Position numbers and translations under genes: made by a program. Under the pieces are notes generated by a model. That model was not told the DNA's origin. It searched no databases and saw only the letters and a program-made list of their open reading frames with translations. From an uncultured Chloroflexia bacterium (GTDB taxonomy: Bacteria; Chloroflexota; Limnocylindria; Limnocylindrales; CSP1-4), in contig CAWEYL010000003.1 of assembly GCA_963813335.1 (NCBI GenBank), forward strand, positions 96,001-160,000: a stretch of DNA of 64,000 nt, given 5' to 3'. Shown piece after piece: positions 54,518 to 64,000 of this stretch (the first letter of the stretch is position 1; the number at the start of each line of letters is the position of its first letter).

Positions 54518-55899
54518 TGCGCAGCACCGACGGTCTCGACGCCCGCGCCGGGCTCGACAAGCTGGCCACCTTCCCCTACCAGATCGCCACGTGGGTCGGC
54601 GACGACGGGTACCCGGTCAGCGTCGCCGTCGACGCCCGGGTCAGCCCGACCGAGCTGGTCGCCAGGTTCCCCCGCCCGGCGGGCCTGGTCGTCCCGACCG
54701 ACCGTCCCGTGTCGCTGACCGGGTCGCACATCCGCCCGCAGCCTGGCTACGGCTACGACGAGCGCCGGCACGTCACGGTGTGGGGTAGCGCGACCGCGTC
54801 CGACGGCGGGTTCGCCGTGACCGCCACCCGGGCGTGGGGCTGGGACGAGAGCGAGGTCCCGTTCTTCGAGTACTCGGAGCGTTCGGTCGGCCAGTCGCGC
54901 AAGTACTTCGACGCGCTCTCGGTCGAGCGCGGGACGCCGGTCCGCCCGAAGCTGTCGCTCGGGTTCCTGACGCTCCGGGCCACGCGGCTGCCGTTCCTCA
55001 CCGCGACCATCGTGCCGGTCGTGCTGGGCATCCTGATCGCGGCGACGCACGGCTCGTTCGACCTGGTCGCGGCGCTGCTCACGATCATCGGCGCGTCGTT
55101 CGTCCAGCTCGGGCTCAACGTCGCCAACGACGTCTTCGACACGGCGCTTGGTGCCGATGACGCGAACGTCACGCCGACCCAGTTCAGCGGCGGCTCGCGG
55201 GTCATCCAGTACGGGCTGGTGAGCTTCCGCCGGATGGCGACGATCGCGACGCTCTGCTACGTGGCGGCTGGCGCGATCGGGCTGATCCTGCTCGCGACCC
55301 ATGGCTCGACGGCGCTGCTCGTCATCGGGGTGCTGGGGTTCGTCTTCAGCATCGGGTACACGGCGCCGCCGCTGAAGTTCGTCTATCGCGGCCTCGGCGA
55401 GATCGTGGTCGCGGTCGGATTCGGGCCGATGATGCTGCTCGGCGCGTACGTCGTGCAGACCGGCGGGACCCTCGCCTGGGAGCCGTTCGTGGCGTCCATC
55501 CCGGTCGCTCTGCTCGTGGCGCTGATCCTGTACGTCAACGAGATCCCGGACCGTCGCGGCGACGCGCTCGCGGGCAAGCGCACCCTGCCGGTGCGGTTCT
55601 CCCGGACCACGGTCATCGCCGGGTACGACATGGCCGTCGCGGCCGCGTATGTCGTCGTGGTGCTCGCCGTCGTGGCCGGCATCCTGCCCGTGCCCGTCCT
55701 GCTGATGCTCCTGACGATCCCGCTCGCGCTCAAGGTGTCGCGCGGCCTGCTGCCGTACTACGACAACCCGTACGGGCTGATGTCGATCATGGGCGTCAAC
55801 GTCCAGCTCCACCTGCGGGCGGGCCTGCTCCTGTTCGCGGGCTACGCGATCGTGCTCATCGTCGGGGCCGTCGCGCCGGAGGTCCGCCTCTTCATCTGA
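54517..55899 (+). CDS. menA: Fusion of an N-terminal split-barrel-like domain and a MenA-type (UbiA family) prenyltransferase
   Basis: N-domain ATWVGDDGYPVSV; MenA motifs RATRLPFLTAT, NVANDVFD, SGGSRVI, YTAPPLKFVYRGLGE, VNEIPDRRGDALAGKRTLPVR; TGATG coupling. Confidence 0.8.
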   Translation: MRSTDGLDARAGLDKLATFPYQIATWVGDDGYPVSVAVDARVSPTELVARFPRPAGLVVPTDRPVSLTGSHIRPQPGYGYDERRHVTVWGSATASDGGFAVTATRAWGWDESEVPFFEYSERSVGQSRKYFDALSVERGTPVRPKLSLGFLTLRATRLPFLTATIVPVVLGILIAATHGSFDLVAALLTIIGASFVQLGLNVANDVFDTALGADDANVTPTQFSGGSRVIQYGLVSFRRMATIATLCYVAAGAIGLILLATHGSTALLVIGVLGFVFSIGYTAPPLKFVYRGLGEIVVAVGFGPMMLLGAYVVQTGGTLAWEPFVASIPVALLVALILYVNEIPDRRGDALAGKRTLPVRFSRTTVIAGYDMAVAAAYVVVVLAVVAGILPVPVLLMLLTIPLALKVSRGLLPYYDNPYGLMSIMGVNVQLHLRAGLLLFAGYAIVLIVGAVAPEVRLFI

Positions 55900-55926
55900 G
55901 CCGTCGGGCGAGCCCGCCGGGCCTCG

Positions 55927-56685
55927 TCAGGCGAGGCCGCGGGCGGCCCAGGCCCTGGCCGGGATCACGAACGGCCCGGCTGGCAGGCGCTCGCGGAGCC
56001 GCTCCCGAAGCTGGGCTTGGGCGTCCGAGGAGAGCCCGGCGGTGTAGGCGCCGGCCGGGCCGGCGCCGCCGGCGAACGGCGCCCACCAAGCCTCGAAGTC
56101 GGGGTGCTCGAGGTCCGCGGCGAAAGCGGTCTCGGCGACCTCGCGGAGCCCGGCCGACCGGAACAGCCGCCCGAGATCGCCCTCGGTCACGCCGGCGAGC
56201 TCGGATTCATCGTCCACATCCGGGTCAAGTTCTCGGGCGACCTCCCAGAAGAGGCCCAACGGTCCCGTCCCGCCGCCGTGGTCCCAGACGCATGCGACGA
56301 CCGCGCCGCCAGGGCGGGTGACGCGGCGCATCTCCGCCAAGCCAAGGATCGGGTCGGCCATGAAGTGCACCACCAGCTGGGCGAGGGCGGCGTCGAACGT
56401 GTCGTCCTCGAACGGGAGGTCCTCCGCGGATGCCTGGCGGACGTCGACGCCGGGGTAGCGCGCCCGGACGGCCTCGACGAAGGAGACCGACGGGTCGACC
56501 GCGGCGACCGACCCCGGGCCGAGCCGCCCGACCAGTTCGCGGGTGAGCGCGCCCGGGCCACAGCCGACATCGATCGCGCGCTGGGGCGGCGCGATCCCCG
56601 CCAGGTCGGCGAGCTGCGCCGACAGCAGCATGGAGTACCGTCCCATGAACCGGTCGTAGGCGTCCGCGGCGACATCGAAGCTCAT
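55927..56685 (-). CDS. Class I SAM-dependent methyltransferase (type 11/UbiE-like)
   Basis: YDRFMGRYS, IDVGCGPGAL, SAEDLPFEDDTFD, EMRRVTRPGG. Confidence 0.88.
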   Translation of the reverse strand: MSFDVAADAYDRFMGRYSMLLSAQLADLAGIAPPQRAIDVGCGPGALTRELVGRLGPGSVAAVDPSVSFVEAVRARYPGVDVRQASAEDLPFEDDTFDAALAQLVVHFMADPILGLAEMRRVTRPGGAVVACVWDHGGGTGPLGLFWEVARELDPDVDDESELAGVTEGDLGRLFRSAGLREVAETAFAADLEHPDFEAWWAPFAGGAGPAGAYTAGLSSDAQAQLRERLRERLPAGPFVIPARAWAARGLA

Positions 56686-56742
56686 GGGGTCACGGTACCG
56701 CGCGATAAGCCATCGATGGGCGCCGATCCGGAACATGGCGCG

Positions 56743-57526
56743 GTGGATGTGGTGCGGTTCGGGCTTGGGATCCGGGCGCTGCGGCGCAAGCGAGCCTGGA
56801 CGCAGAAGCGGCTGGCTGCTGAAGCGTGCGTCTCGAGGTCCGTCATCGTGCGGATCGAACGCGGTCGCGCCGATCGCGTCGCGGTCCACACCCTGGTTCG
56901 GGTCGCTGCCGCTCTCGGGTCATCGATCTCGGTGAGGCTCCTCTGGCAGGGTGAGGGTCTCGACCGCCTGCTCGACGCGTCGCATGCCGACATCGTCGAG
57001 CGCGTGGTCCGCCTGCTGTCGAGTGACGGCTGGGAGGTGACGACCGAGGCGTCCTTCAACGTCGACGGCGAGCGTGGGTCGATCGATGTGCTCGCGTTCC
57101 ACGCTGCGACGGGCGCGCTGCTCGTCATCGAGGTCAAGTCGGTCGTGCCGGACATCCAGGCGACGCTCCACGGCCTGGATCGCAAGTTCCGCGTCGCGCG
57201 GCGGGTTGCCGCCCAGCGGGGCTGGGAGGTCCGAACGGTATCGCGCGTCCTCGTCCTGCCCGACGATCGGACCTCGCGGCGACGCGTCCAGGCACACCGA
57301 GGCGACGTTCGACGCGGTCGTGCCGGCCAGAACCGTCGAGATCAAGCGGTGGCTTCGGGCGCCGGCCGATGCCGTCGCGGGGATCCTGTTCCTGTCAGAT
57401 GACCTTCACCCGGTCACTCGTCACCGCGTCAGCTCACCACGGGTCCGGCCCGTGGCAAGCCCACGCACGGATCGTGGACGGGAAGAGGTCGGAATGAGTC
57501 AGATGGATCCTCAAGCGGTCATCTGA
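56743..57526 (+). CDS. XRE HTH fused to a PD-(D/E)xK restriction-endonuclease-like domain; one +1 frameshift near 57297
   Basis: IRALRRKRAWTQKRLAAEACVSRSVIVRIERG HTH; EASF...GERGSIDVL...LLVIEVKS nuclease-type motif. Confidence 0.7.
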
Positions 57527-57681
57527 CCGCGTGCCGGTGACCAACGACCGCCTGAAGGACATGCGCCGGAAACCCGGGCGTGAGGGAGTCCGCAGGCGGG
57601 TCTGCGGGACCTGGGCGGAAGCGGGGCAGCGGGGAGTCCGGGCCGCGGCCGGAACCCGCGGCCGGAACCCGCGCGAATCGA

Positions 57682-57706
57682 AGAGCCCGGCCGGAGGCCG
57701 GGCTCT
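57682..57706 (-). terminator. Hairpin downstream of dnaK (probable intrinsic terminator)
   Basis: 11-bp perfect stem AGAGCCCGGCC/GGCCGGGCTCT with a 3-nt loop, 25 nt after the dnaK stop; weak U-tract. Confidence 0.6.
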
Positions 57707-57731
57707 GTGTGTCAGCGAGTGCCCTGAAGGC

Positions 57732-59669
<1,938 letters not shown>

Positions 59670-59702
59670 GGGTGGGTGCTCCTTGATGAGTGCTGGGAAG
59701 GA

Positions 59703-60338
59703 CTAGTTGGGACGTTGCTTGTGGGTGCCGCGGGCGGGCTCGCCAGCCCCGGTCGGCGGTGCCGGGGCGGCTGCGGGCTCGAGGGGAGCGTCGGGTGGCG
59801 GCGCCGCCACGGCGACGAGTGCCGCGCGCAGGACCCGGTCGCGCAGTCGATAGCCGCGACGCAGCTCGTCGACGATCTCGCCCTCGGGCCGGCCGGTGCC
59901 GGGCACGTTGACGATGGCCTCGTGCTCGCGCGGGTCGAACGGGCGGCCCGGCATCGCGTCGATCGGGGTCACGCCTTCGGACTCGAGCAGGACGCGCAGC
60001 TTGCGGTCGATGGCCGCGATCCCGTCGAACCACGGGTCGGTCGAGATCGACTCCGGTCGCGCCTCGATGGCGAGGTCGAAGTCGTCGGCGACGGTCAGGA
60101 CCTTGCGCAGGAGATCCTCGCCGGCCAGGCCGAGGTCGCGCTGCCGCTCCTCCTGGCTGCGGCGGCGAAAGTTCTGGAACTCGGCCCGCTCGCGCTGGAG
60201 GGCGTTGAGGTACTCCTCGCCGCTCGCGCGGGCGTCGGCCAGCTCGGTCTTCAGGCTCTCGATGTCGGCAAGCAGCTTGGCCGGGGAGATGTCGATCTCC
60301 TCCACGCGCTGCTGCCCGCGGGTCTTCCCGCTAGGCAT
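59703..60338 (-). CDS. grpE: Nucleotide exchange factor GrpE
   Basis: RERAEFQNFRRR, FDPREHEA, RGYRLRDRVLRAALVAV. Confidence 0.95.
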   Translation of the reverse strand: MPSGKTRGQQRVEEIDISPAKLLADIESLKTELADARASGEEYLNALQRERAEFQNFRRRSQEERQRDLGLAGEDLLRKVLTVADDFDLAIEARPESISTDPWFDGIAAIDRKLRVLLESEGVTPIDAMPGRPFDPREHEAIVNVPGTGRPEGEIVDELRRGYRLRDRVLRAALVAVAAPPPDAPLEPAAAPAPPTGAGEPARGTHKQRPN

Positions 60339-61398
60339 ACAGGTGGTCCACCAGTTCGTTCATCAGGCCGGACACGAAGCGGACCGTGCCGATCGCCTGG
60401 GAGTAGCTCATGCGCGTCGGGCCGAGGACGCCGACGACGCCGATCGCCCGGCCCGCCCGCCCGTAGGGGGCGAGGACCAGCGAGACGTCGCGCATCTCGA
60501 TCGGCCCGTTCTCATGGCCGATGTAGACCCGGATCCGGCCCGCGTCGGCCACGTCGCCGACCAGCTGGCCGAGATAGGTCCGGTTCTCGAGCGCCGAGAA
60601 GACCCGTCGGAGCTTGTCGCTCTGGGCGAACTCGGGGGCGTCCATCACGTTGAGCAGGCCGTCGCTGAAGACCTCCTCGATCGCCTCGGCGTCGTAGTCG
60701 CGGACGATGCGGACGATCCGGTCGCCGATCCGCTTCGCCAGCGCGTCGACGCGGTCGGTCTCGCCGAGGCGAGCGAGGACCGTCTCCGCGTTGCCCGCCG
60801 TCTGGTTCGCCAGCTTGTCGTTGAGCAGCGCGGCGACGCGGTTGAGCGTCGGCTGGTCGATGTGGTCGTCGTCCGCGAGCGTGACGAGCGCCTGCTTGAT
60901 CGCCCCTTCGCGCAGGACGAGGATCAGGCTGGCCATCCGCTCGTTGATCGCGACCAGGTCGACGCGCCGGATGTGCGCGGCGCGGGGCTTGGCCGGCGTG
61001 GCCAGGCCGGCCGAGCGGGTGACGCTCGCGAGCGTGGTGGCCGCGAGGCGGAACCAGTGCTCGCTGGCGAACTCGACCTGCCCGAACTGGTGGCGGATCA
61101 TCAGCTGCTCGACGGCCGGCAGCGGCACCGCATCGACGATCGATTCGACATAGAAGCGGTATCCGGCGTCGGTGGGGACGCGACCGGCCGAGGTGTACGG
61201 GTGGGTCAGGAGCCCGGCGCCCTCGAGCTCGGCGAGGATGCTGCGCACGGTCGCGCTCGACACACCGAGGCCGTAGCGCTCGACGAGCGCCTGCGAGCCG
61301 ACGGGGGTCGCGGTGGTGACGTATTCCTCGATGACGGCCCGAAGGATCGCCTGTGTGCGGAGGTCCAGGGGGCCGATGGGGCGGGTCCGTCGCGCCAA
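60331..61398 (-). CDS. hrcA: Heat-inducible transcription repressor HrcA
   Basis: ILRAVIEEYV...PVGS, SSATVR, PYTSAGRVPTDAGYRFYV, GVLGPTRMSY; TTG start with AGGAG. Confidence 0.96.
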   Translation of the reverse strand: MARRTRPIGPLDLRTQAILRAVIEEYVTTATPVGSQALVERYGLGVSSATVRSILAELEGAGLLTHPYTSAGRVPTDAGYRFYVESIVDAVPLPAVEQLMIRHQFGQVEFASEHWFRLAATTLASVTRSAGLATPAKPRAAHIRRVDLVAINERMASLILVLREGAIKQALVTLADDDHIDQPTLNRVAALLNDKLANQTAGNAETVLARLGETDRVDALAKRIGDRIVRIVRDYDAEAIEEVFSDGLLNVMDAPEFAQSDKLRRVFSALENRTYLGQLVGDVADAGRIRVYIGHENGPIEMRDVSLVLAPYGRAGRAIGVVGVLGPTRMSYSQAIGTVRFVSGLMNELVDHLYA

Positions 61399-61416
61399 GG
61401 CCGGTCTCCTACGTGG

Positions 61417-61443
61417 TTAGCACTCTAACGGTGAGAGTGCTAA
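61417..61443. promoter_or_regulatory. CIRCE element (HrcA operator)
   Basis: Perfect TTAGCACTC-N9-GAGTGCTAA upstream of hrcA. Confidence 0.97.
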
Positions 61444-61455
61444 CGAGGTGCGGGC

Positions 61456-61485
61456 ATCGTAGCAGTCGCGTGGCGTGAGTGTCAA
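61456..61485 (-). promoter_or_regulatory. Sigma70-type promoter of hrcA-grpE-dnaK
   Basis: Minus strand TTGACA (61485-61480), N18 including TGn, TACGAT (61461-61456), just upstream of CIRCE. Confidence 0.75.
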
Positions 61486-61532
61486 CGCGCCGAGGCGGTC
61501 TCGCGCGGCGGTCTCGCGCAGCCGGACCGGGC

Positions 61533-62798
61533 TCAGACCAGGCGCTCGAAGAGCTCGTTCGAGAGGAGCCGGCCGCGGGTCGTCAGCACGACCCGGTCGT
61601 CCGGCGTGACATCGATCAGCTCGGCGGTGAGCGCCCAGCCGAAGGCGTCCCCCAGCGGCGGCTCGTGGGCCGTCGCGAGCGGGATGCCGGTGTCGAGCCG
61701 GAGCCCGAGGATGACCCGCTCCGCGGCCGCGGTCTCCGCGTCGATCTCCTCGGCGCCGCCGGGCGGCAGCGCCGGGGGCGACCCGTCGGCCGGCGTGAGC
61801 GCGGCCACGTAGCCGTCGAGGCGGGCCGCGTTCCAGCGGCGGGTCGCGCCGTCGAACGCGTGCGCGCCGGGGCCGACCGCCTCGTACGGGAGGCGGCCCC
61901 AGTACGTCAGGTTGTGGCGGCTCTCGTGACCCGGGCGCGCCCAGTTGCTGATCTCGTAGCCGTGGAACCCGGCTTCCGCGAGGCGGACCACCGCGTGGTG
62001 GTACTGCGCGGCCGCGCGGTCCTCGTCCTGCCCAGGCCGGGCGATCTCGCGCCAGCGGCGGGCGCCGCGCGTCGTGGGCAGGTGGTCGCCGTCAGGGCCG
62101 GTCAGGCCCTCCGCATCGGGGTCGTCGAGCGTCAGCCCGTACAGCGAGAGGTGGTCGGGATCCAGCTCGAGCGCGGCGTCCAGCGTCGTCATCCAGGTCG
62201 CGACCGAGCCGTCGGGCAGGTCGTAGAGGAGGTCGAGGCTGACCGAGCCGATGCCCGCCGCCCGGGCCTCGGCCACCGCGTCGACGACGTCCGCGGCGCG
62301 ATGGCGCCGGCCGATCCGCTTGAGCTCGCGGTCGTCGAGCGACTGCGCGCCCAGCGACAGGCGGTTGATCCCGGCGGCCGCCCACGCGGCCGCGTCGCCG
62401 CGCTCGTCCGGACCGGGGTTGGCCTCGAGCGTGACCTCGGCGTCGGGTGCGAGGCCGAACCGGTCGCCGACCAGCGAGACCAGGCCGCCGATCGTCTCGG
62501 GCGGCATCAGCGACGGCGTGCCGCCCCCGAGATAGAGCGTCTGGAGCGGCGGCCGTCCGGCCGATCCGGATCCGCCGAACGCCGCGTCGAGGGCGTCGGC
62601 GCGGAGGCCGATCTCGGCCCTGAGGGCCGGCACGAAGGCGTCGATCCTGGCGGTCGGCCCGCGCGCCGCGGCCCCGGCGTAGACGACGAAGTCGCAGTAC
62701 GGGCAGAGCGAGACGCAGAACGGGACGTGGACGTAGAGCGCGACGGGCGGCCCGGCGGCAGGCGCGTCGGTGCTCGACGCTGCCCCGGCCGCGGTCAT
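61533..62798 (-). CDS. hemW: Radical SAM heme chaperone HemW (HemN-like)
   Basis: LYVHVPFCVSLCPYCDF, YLGGGTPS, TLEANP, YEISNW, HNLTYW signature; lepA-hemW-hrcA synteny. Confidence 0.9.
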   Translation of the reverse strand: MTAAGAASSTDAPAAGPPVALYVHVPFCVSLCPYCDFVVYAGAAARGPTARIDAFVPALRAEIGLRADALDAAFGGSGSAGRPPLQTLYLGGGTPSLMPPETIGGLVSLVGDRFGLAPDAEVTLEANPGPDERGDAAAWAAAGINRLSLGAQSLDDRELKRIGRRHRAADVVDAVAEARAAGIGSVSLDLLYDLPDGSVATWMTTLDAALELDPDHLSLYGLTLDDPDAEGLTGPDGDHLPTTRGARRWREIARPGQDEDRAAAQYHHAVVRLAEAGFHGYEISNWARPGHESRHNLTYWGRLPYEAVGPGAHAFDGATRRWNAARLDGYVAALTPADGSPPALPPGGAEEIDAETAAAERVILGLRLDTGIPLATAHEPPLGDAFGWALTAELIDVTPDDRVVLTTRGRLLSNELFERLV

Positions 62799-62802
62799 GG
62801 CA

Positions 62803-63558
62803 TCAGCGCTCCCGGGACCCGATGACCCGCCAGCCCTCGGGGACGCGGCGGCGCTTCTCGATCTCCTCGACCTCGCGGCCGCGCGGCTTCGTCTGACCGG
62901 TATGGCCGGTGCACAGGAAGACCGCGAAGCGGGTGATCGCATGGCCCAGGAAGGCGGCGGCGATCCCGCCGGTCCAGGCCGTCAACCAGCCGCCGACCAG
63001 GCCCATGCCGAGAGCCAGGATCAGCAGGTAGCGGTCGCGGCCGGGCGCCCCCAGCCGGGTCGTCAGCGCGTACAGGAGCGCCTGGATCAGGTTCGCGACC
63101 GTCGGCTCGAGGCCGGTCGCGAGCAGGAGCCCGAAGAGCGCGCCGCGGAAGGCGACCTCGTCGATGAAGGCCGTGGCGACCGAGTTGAGCAGGGCGCCCG
63201 GGTAGGACCACGGCTCCGGGAAGCGGATGCGGTGGTAGCGGACCGTCGCGAAGGCGACCGCGATCCCGACGCCCGCAAGTCCATAGATGAGCCCGCCGAA
63301 GAGCGCGCCGAGCCGGTCGCCCGAGCCCAGGAACAGCGTCTGCTGCGGGGACGGATGGACCAGCACGATCCCCACGGCGAGCGCCGCGCCGATCCCGTAC
63401 CAGGCCAGCCGGCGCCGCGCGCGCGGCCGCTCCCCGTTCTGCTCCGCCTCGTAATACTCGGCGGTACCGAAGCGCTCGGCGTCCAGCCGCAGCATGACCA
63501 GCAGCAGGGCCAGGCCGATGACGATGAGGGTCCGGGCGATCTCGACGAGGTCGTCCAC
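62803..63558 (-). CDS. CPBP (Abi/CAAX) family intramembrane protease-like protein
   Basis: Multi-TM; FIDEVAFRG and AFLGHA motifs. Confidence 0.72.
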   Translation of the reverse strand: MDDLVEIARTLIVIGLALLLVMLRLDAERFGTAEYYEAEQNGERPRARRRLAWYGIGAALAVGIVLVHPSPQQTLFLGSGDRLGALFGGLIYGLAGVGIAVAFATVRYHRIRFPEPWSYPGALLNSVATAFIDEVAFRGALFGLLLATGLEPTVANLIQALLYALTTRLGAPGRDRYLLILALGMGLVGGWLTAWTGGIAAAFLGHAITRFAVFLCTGHTGQTKPRGREVEEIEKRRRVPEGWRVIGSRER

Positions 63559-63567
63559 GTCGGTCGT

Positions 63568-64000
63568 CTAGCCCTCGTCCATGCGGAGCATCGCCAGGAA
63601 CGCCTCCTGGGGGATCTCCACCGAGCCGACCCGCTTCATCCGCTGCTTGCCCTCTTTCTGCTTCTCGAGGAGCTTGCGCTTGCGCGTGATATCGCCACCG
63701 TAGCACTTGGCGAGCACGTTCTTCCGCATGGCGCGGACCGTTTCACGCGCAACCACGTTGGAGCCGATGGCCGCCTGGATCGGGATCTCGAACATCTGGC
63801 GCGGGATCAGCTGCTTGAGCCGCTCGGCCAGCTGGCGCCCGACCGACTGGGCGCGGTCGCGGTGGACGATGAGCGACAGGGCATCGACCGGCTCGCCGTT
63901 GACGAGGATGTCGACCTTGGCGAGGTTGGCCGGCCGGTAGCCCAGCTCTTCGTAGTCCATCGACGCGTAGCCCTGGCTGCGGCTCTTGAGCTGGTCGAAG
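63568..64000 (-). CDS. lepA: Elongation factor 4 (LepA), C-terminal part
   Basis: [57 protein letters not shown]. Confidence 0.97.
   Translation of the reverse strand, partial: FDQLKSRSQGYASMDYEELGYRPANLAKVDILVNGEPVDALSLIVHRDRAQSVGRQLAERLKQLIPRQMFEIPIQAAIGSNVVARETVRAMRKNVLAKCYGGDITRKRKLLEKQKEGKQRMKRVGSVEIPQEAFLAMLRMDEG

Noticed and set aside
57645-57673. 13-bp tandem duplication GCGGCCGGAACCC x2 near the dnaK terminator as a target-site duplication
   Set aside because: Copies are adjacent with no element between them and no matching copy was seen at the other end of the inserted block
61533-62798. Coproporphyrinogen III dehydrogenase HemN
   Set aside because: HNxxYW motif, lack of the HemN N-terminal extension and lepA/hrcA synteny indicate HemW

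Overview
Very GC-rich (roughly 70-75% by eye) bacterial chromosome segment. Gene content and style suggest Chloroflexota (Limnocylindria-like), but this is inference only. It holds about 64 genes and no recognisable rRNA, tRNA, CRISPR array or transposase. The backbone is the conserved lepA-hemW-hrcA-grpE-dnaK...dnaJ-prmA-hit...rpsU-yqeY-pgpH-ybeY-pth-mfd block, with a perfect CIRCE element. Other blocks are a SAM-cycle/salvage cluster (apt, mtnA, GNAT, ahcY, metK), a polyamine ABC importer with an XRE-cupin regulator, mannose-activation genes, and a GntR-controlled amino-sugar/beta-glucoside locus (ABC, deacetylase, kinase, GH4). The best candidate for an undescribed system is a four-gene operon at 39409-42665. 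It encodes an Lgt paralogue lacking the HGG histidine, a membrane protein ending in TM-G-x-C, a tetraether-synthase (Tes/MJ0619)-family radical SAM enzyme and a small membrane protein, with a divergent acyl-CoA ligase. This points to a lipid or lipoprotein tailoring/cross-linking pathway. The second candidate is a split-barrel flavin/F420 protein translationally coupled to a split-barrel::MenA prenyltransferase fusion. Eleven frameshifts, all +1 insertions, in six genes look like sequencing error rather than true pseudogenes.
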